This document shows, in pieces, positions 1 to 64,000 of a DNA stretch of 64,000 nt. The DNA lies in NCBI GenBank assembly GCA_053919585.1, contig CM132810.1, one strand, 5' to 3'. The stretch's first letter is position 1, and every line of letters begins with the position of its first letter. This stretch comes from Euprymna scolopes. Lineage: Eukaryota. Position numbers and translations under genes: made by a program. The notes under the pieces are model-generated. The model did no database searches and had not been told where the DNA came from. It was given only the letters and a program-made list of their open reading frames with translations.

Positions 1-548
1 CTCTGCACAAAGCCCTGATGCACTCTCAACATTAGTTTTTATTAAATGTGCTGTTTATTCTAACACAACTGAGCATTTCTGCACATTGCTTGAACAACCT
101 TGTTTATTTAATGCGATCCAAACATCTCTTTACACTGTCAGCTTTCTTCAGATCCACAAAAGCAAAATACAGACTCTTCTCTTGTATTTGAGGATAAATA
201 ACACCAGTGATATTTCACCTAAAACCCAAACTGCATTTCATCTATGCTTATCTGATTTGCTGCTTAATTATTCTCTTAATCACTTTAACAACTTCATTCC
301 AAATTTATGCCACATTAAAAGTAGATATGTAACAGATTGTAACGGGAAAAGTCAGGTATGTTGGCTAGTTTAGCTATGCAGTTTACATAGCTAGGTCAAC
401 TAGAGCAAGTCAGGGATAGAACTAGTTGGAGCTCTCCCCTACATCTCAAGCCAACAAAAAGGAATCTTTTTGTCATTTTTCACTATAGTTGATCCATTTT
501 TTTTCTAGTTGTATTATATTCTGGCAAAGTATTCATGTTATAACTTAC

Positions 549-58887
<58,339 letters not shown>

Positions 58888-59680
58888 CTATAAAGAAATA
58901 TTTATAATAAGATTACACAATGAAATAAAAATTTAGTCAAATAATTTCAGTTTTAAATATGAAAAATTTCTGGAAAGGTAATGAGAAACATCAATATTTG
59001 TAGAAGCTGTTAATATTTCAAGCAAAATAAACCTTTTTTAAAATATGGATTGCATTGGGCGATCAAATAAACAAATATTGCAAGAAACTAGTAAACCTAT
59101 ATTTCATGAAAAAATCCTGGGTGTTTGTCCAGACTTCCCCTATATTAAAAAACAGAAAAAGAAATTTTAAGTCTTTGATATACATACCCATGATGAAACG
59201 AAAAGGTTACATTCCAAAAATCATGTAAATTGATCAGTTTTATTGTTAAAGAAAATTGTTTTGCACAATTAATGGAAAATTGTAGGCATTACAAGGCTCA
59301 TCTCAAGTTAGAATTGTGTAGTTATCTGCCTTTATTTCTTCAAAATGGTAACGCAGAACTGTCCCTTTTTGTTTACTCATAAAATCTGATTTAACCTGAT
59401 CAATTTATGATTTTTTTGAATATGACATTTTCATTCAGTGTCACCATAAGGATTTAAAAAAAAATTTTTTTTTTTAATATATGTGAATTTAACAACTACC
59501 AAATCCACCACTCTATAATAAAGAGTGCAATGCGTGTCCACTGATTCAATTGAAAACAAGTTTACATACATCAAATATTTTTCTAGAGTAAAATTTTACA
59601 AGGAATCTTATGGTATTTACATTTATTTGTTTGGAATCACCAAAAACCAAATTAAAACTGGAGATGGGGCCTGAGTAAAT

Positions 59681-60580
59681 GACTGTAAATGACAAAGTTC
59701 TGATTCTCTCTCCTCTGATCTCGAGCGCGTTGTTCAGTGGGGGAAGACGTGGCTGATTACCTTTAATGCATCTAAAACCAAACTCCTATCCTTACATCAT
59801 CAACGCTCTGATCCTCATCTGGCATCAATTGGGATGGATGGCTCTCGTCTGGGAGAGGCCCCATATTTTAACAAGCTTCTGGGTTTGACCTTTACTCCTG
59901 ATCTGAAATGGAACACGTACATCAAGTCTGTTGCCAAGGTCGCTGGAAGGATGGTGGGATCCTTCTACCGCTCCAGAAGATATCTCACTACTGATGCAAT
60001 TCTCTATCTATATAAAAGCCAAGTACGTCCAAGGATGGAATACTGCTGCCATATCTGGGCAGGAGCTGCTAAAAACAGCCTATCCTGCCTTGACAGAGTA
60101 CAAAATAGACTTCGTGGCTCAGTGGGGGATGCCCTTTTCTCTACCTTGCAACCTCTCTCCCACAGAAGGGACGTTGCGAGCCTTTCCTTGTTTTATCGTT
60201 ATTTCCATGGCAGGTGCTCGTCTGCCCCCCCCCCCTCGCCAATCTTTCACAAAAAACACCAGTCTAGCCGAATCCACTGTGAAAAATTTCCCCCACTCTT
60301 TATCTGTGCTTAAATTAAAACGTGGACTCCATGAACAAAGCTTCTTTCTTAGAACTGCATGCCTGTGGAACTGTTCCGGTCTGCCTGCTTCCCACCTGAC
60401 TACAACTTGGATGTCTTCAAGTCCAACGTTAACAAATTCCTAATGAACCGCCCCCTTAAGTAAACACTTCATCAAATCTCCACACTAACATAATGTACTT
60501 GCAATAACCCTTATCCCTGAGTGGCTTCCGGGCCTTGATAAGTGGTGACCACTGTGTAAAAAAAAAAAAAAAAAAAAAAA
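59681..60580 (+). mobile_element. CR1-group LINE, 5'-truncated, relatively young
   Basis: SDLERVVQWGKTWLITFNASKTK...LYLYKSQVRPRMEYCCHIW...SFFLRTACLWN; poly(A) tail; candidate TSD AGTAAAT (59674-59680, 60581-60587). Confidence 0.9.
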
Positions 60581-62090
60581 AGTAAATAAGGTGACAAAAA
60601 TGTTTTCTGAAGAAACAATAGTGTCAAAATCTATTCATTTTAATATTTTAGCCATGTGATACATAGTTTGAACATTTTTCTTGCACCTGGATAATGCCAT
60701 TAACCACATCTAGCATATTACATTTAAGCAAAATTTAGGATTTTATCACACATAAAAGTTCAATTTATGCTTTGATTCTTGTACCTCCCATTACCACTTT
60801 AGCAATGACTTTCAAAAGCTCAGACTCCGCCGGTTGGTTTGCTAGTCAGTTTTTCTGGGTAAAATCTACTTATTAACATAAAAACTTGACATTTTTTTTT
60901 CCATAAAAAAAGAAACGGAAACTAAAAATGTTATGTTCCTATTTTTTTTTTTAATATTACAAAATTGTAAGCCAGTAATTTAATAGGCAGTTTCAAAAAC
61001 ATGTTTTTATAATTCCCTTCAAAATTAAAATAACTTAAAACGAGAAATGCTCAAAAAAAAAAAAAAAGAAAAAAAAAAAAATGTCAAAACAAAAGTGTCC
61101 TAAGTTATGCTTAAAATGGATTGTCACATGTTTTAAATTCCAATCATCACATTTATATAAAACAAGTCTTTATCTAATATGCATGGTGTCCATTTTAATA
61201 CTTATATGTATAGCTCTCTATTTGCGTATAATACTAAAGCAGGTAATACTGTACAGTGAAGCAATAGCACCTGACAGAAGTATTAGTATTGTTGGTAAAT
61301 ACAGTAGAACCTCAAGATACAGCATTAATTAGTAACAAAATGCAGTACAGTATATAATACACATGTATATAATCAAATAACATTATAAATAACACCGTAA
61401 GGTGGGGCTAATACCCTAACTAGGGTCAGAAAAACATTATTTTCGACATTGTAACCTGAAAGGAAAAAAAAAAAAAAAAAAAAAAAGAAAGTATCCTAGG
61501 ACGACCATATCCTGAAGTTCTACTGTACAGAGAAAATGAGTCTTGTTCCAATGTTTCTAAAAAAAAAAAAAAAAAAATATGCTTTTTAAATGTATTTTTT
61601 TATGGAAATCGCTCTAGACAAAGAATGAAGCCATTTGATGTACGGAACTATATATCACCCAACATGTTACACAGTTCTGTTTTGATTGGTTGAACAGCAA
61701 AATATTTGCAAAAATCAGATTTTTTATTAATTCAGAAAAAAGTCTTTCTGCTTTTATCCCTTTTCTATAGATTAAATAGTATTACTACTTTATATTTGTT
61801 TTTGTTGATGTAAATAATGCAGTATTCATATCTGGAGTTTTATATTTTTATTTTTAACTTAAACAGAGAGAGATAAAGCAATAGACAGAAAATTATTAAA
61901 AACTGGGGCACTTAATTAGAACAAATGATTTTTAAAATTCAACCCCAGAACTAAATTACGTTAGAATGTATTTTGATTTAACAGAATCAAACTATTTAAA
62001 AAACGAACGATGACGATTCATAGAAATTTACTTAAGCAAGTATTATTGTTAAAACTTTTGGGGAAACAAATCTTTATTCACTCAACTTTA

Positions 62091-62092
<2 letters not shown>

Positions 62093-62134
<42 letters not shown>
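62093..62134. repeat. (AAT)n microsatellite
   Basis: Read directly. Confidence 0.95.
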
Positions 62135-63139
62135 GGCGTATAATTTGTGCTGGCAAAGTATATTTATGTTGCTGTGTGTGTATATTTGCCAAATGACAAC
62201 TAAGCACCAGCAACTAAGTTTTTGTAAACAAGATTACACCTTTTTTGCCCCAAGGAATAGTATTAATTTTGTCCTCGGATAGGGGTACAACATGCATATA
62301 CACTAGATATTCTTAAGCAACAAAGAAACAGTTACGAGAAGACTTATAAGGAACTATATCATTTTGCACTTCATCCATAAAACTATACCACCTCCCTTTT
62401 TTTTTTTTGCGTTCACATATGTGCATATTCAATTTTTCAGGTAAGGCTCAAGAATGCACTTGGTAGTATTGTTGAGCAAGTAAAGTGACATTAATGGAAG
62501 CAAATTTTGGTCAAATAACCAGTAATCAATGATAATTTCTGTGAATTCTAAGTCGAACTCCCAATATTTCTATAATTTTCAAATCTTACATAAATACATA
62601 CAATTTTTATATATATTCCTTAGCAGAGAGACTTGATGTTGCTCGAGATTGAATGATGATCAACAAATATTTCATATTTTTATTGTCATCGGAATTGTAA
62701 TCACCCATTTTTCAACCAAATCGATTGACGATTGATTGCTTGCTGTAATTGGGGACCCATCCTGGTGCACCTGAAGGAAGCTTCACATGCCTTTCGCAGT
62801 GACTAAGTTCATAATACATTGTAGTCTACATTGTACTGTAGAGAACCTGTTTTTATAAAATCATTTTTTATATATAATAGCTTACATTAAAGTTTAAAAT
62901 GCAAAAGTCGAGTATCATTGTGCAATTGTGCTTTAAATAGAAACATTCATGTTGAACACACCCCTGTTATATCAAAGAACCTACTGTTGATTTTATATGT
63001 TGGACCTTTCAGCTTGTGTGGTAATAAAACTTCTCAAATGCACTTGTGATGTTAGGCTGTGTAAGATGTTAACTTTGATCAAAAATCGTCTGTTCCTTCT
63101 TTCATCAGATTATTTCGATTATCGAAGACATTCTAATAC

Positions 63140-63267
63140 AAAATCTATCTAACACTGCTAGGCATATAAATTACCTTTATGTGAAATTTCATAAAAATAG
63201 ACCCAGCCGTTTTTGAGTTCATAGGAAACGAAGTCACACACACAAAGTTCTTTCTATATGATAGAGA
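63140..63267 (-). mobile_element. Helitron-like 5' end fragment
   Basis: A|TCTCTATCATATAGAAAG, (TG)n, and AAAACGGCTGGGTCTATTTTTATGAAATTT motif. Confidence 0.4.
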
Positions 63268-64000
63268 TATAAAGGGCAGTCGTCTATGTGTACGTATTTT
63301 CAGTTGAAAGTTAAAAACTACAAAATAAGCACCCACAAAGTTTGTATTGTTGATAGTTGCTTGGTGCTGATCATCAAATGTTCATGGCTTTAAACACCAG
63401 ATTGAAAAAAAACTTTCTTTTGAAAGTTTTTTTTTTTTCAAGTGCAGCAAAAATAGTTTACATAAAACAATTATGTTGACAAATTGTTAAAACTTATTTT
63501 TATTTTTTTTAACTGGAATACAGCTGAAAAATGGCTTGTCAAAATTAGTACTCAGTGATTTAGATAGCAATATCAGGTCTTATGCTTTTCCACCCTCTAT
63601 TTCTGATTAAAAAATAGTATTCAAGATTTAATATTAAAATTAAACCGAAATATATTTTCTCACAAACCAATGTTAGACTGACAGGACAGATTTATGTGTC
63701 TTTTGTTACGAAAGGCATCAAAACAAAAAAGGGAGGGGAATGACTTCAAAAATAAAGATGCAATGGCATTCAGAGTGGAGAACAAGAATACATATGGTTT
63801 TTGATCCACTCACAAACATTGGGAGAGATACTGATAGCATTACTAACACTTTTTTTTCGCTCATAACAATTGAGGTTCAGAGAAATTGCTTTGAGCAGAT
63901 GCCCCACCCTGTCACAGGTTGCCAGAAAATCCCTTTTATTATTCTACTTACCAGACTTCTTAAATCTACTAACTATTCAAACTGGCTACTGCAACCCAGT

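Noticed and set aside
1-548. Search for a loop-2 (B2-like) alternative exon after the WKD exon
   Set aside because: Only a weak 12-nt candidate near 219-230, with a purine-rich acceptor; the intron continues past the window edge.
58888-64000. Upstream myosin exon (expected to end ...YYSGLIY)
   Set aside because: Not found; the donor-like site near 63946-63951 is preceded by non-myosin sequence, so the exon lies outside the window.

Overview
This is AT-rich animal genomic DNA with two assembly N-gaps. The repeat content resembles octopod cephalopod SINE/LINE families as I remember them, so the organism call is an inference. The whole window lies inside one minus-strand gene, a non-muscle myosin II heavy chain (zipper / MYH9-MYH10-like). 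Thirteen constitutive motor-domain exons can be read between 58887 and 549, and they join into an open 1525-nt frame from [14 protein letters not shown] to PFIQLIWKD. The first coding exon and everything after the loop-2 junction lie outside the window. The splicing is unusual. There is a U12-type (minor spliceosome) GT-AG intron at 23329-23920 and a frame-required GC-AG intron at 664-1348. The 19-kb phase-0 intron inside loop 1 (24883-43902) holds several candidate frame-preserving cassette or micro-exons (18, 48, 24, 63 and possibly 12 nt), which could assemble loop 1 combinatorially; this is the best lead. The introns also carry Helitron-like elements with internal tRNA-like segments, including a precise head-to-tail CTAG|TC dimer and a near-intact tRNA-Arg copy. 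Other repeats are an internally deleted I/Jockey-group LINE, CR1 and RTE fragments, mariner and Merlin-like MITEs, tRNA-SINEs, a 5S-derived element and microsatellites. Most ORF-track entries are spurious.
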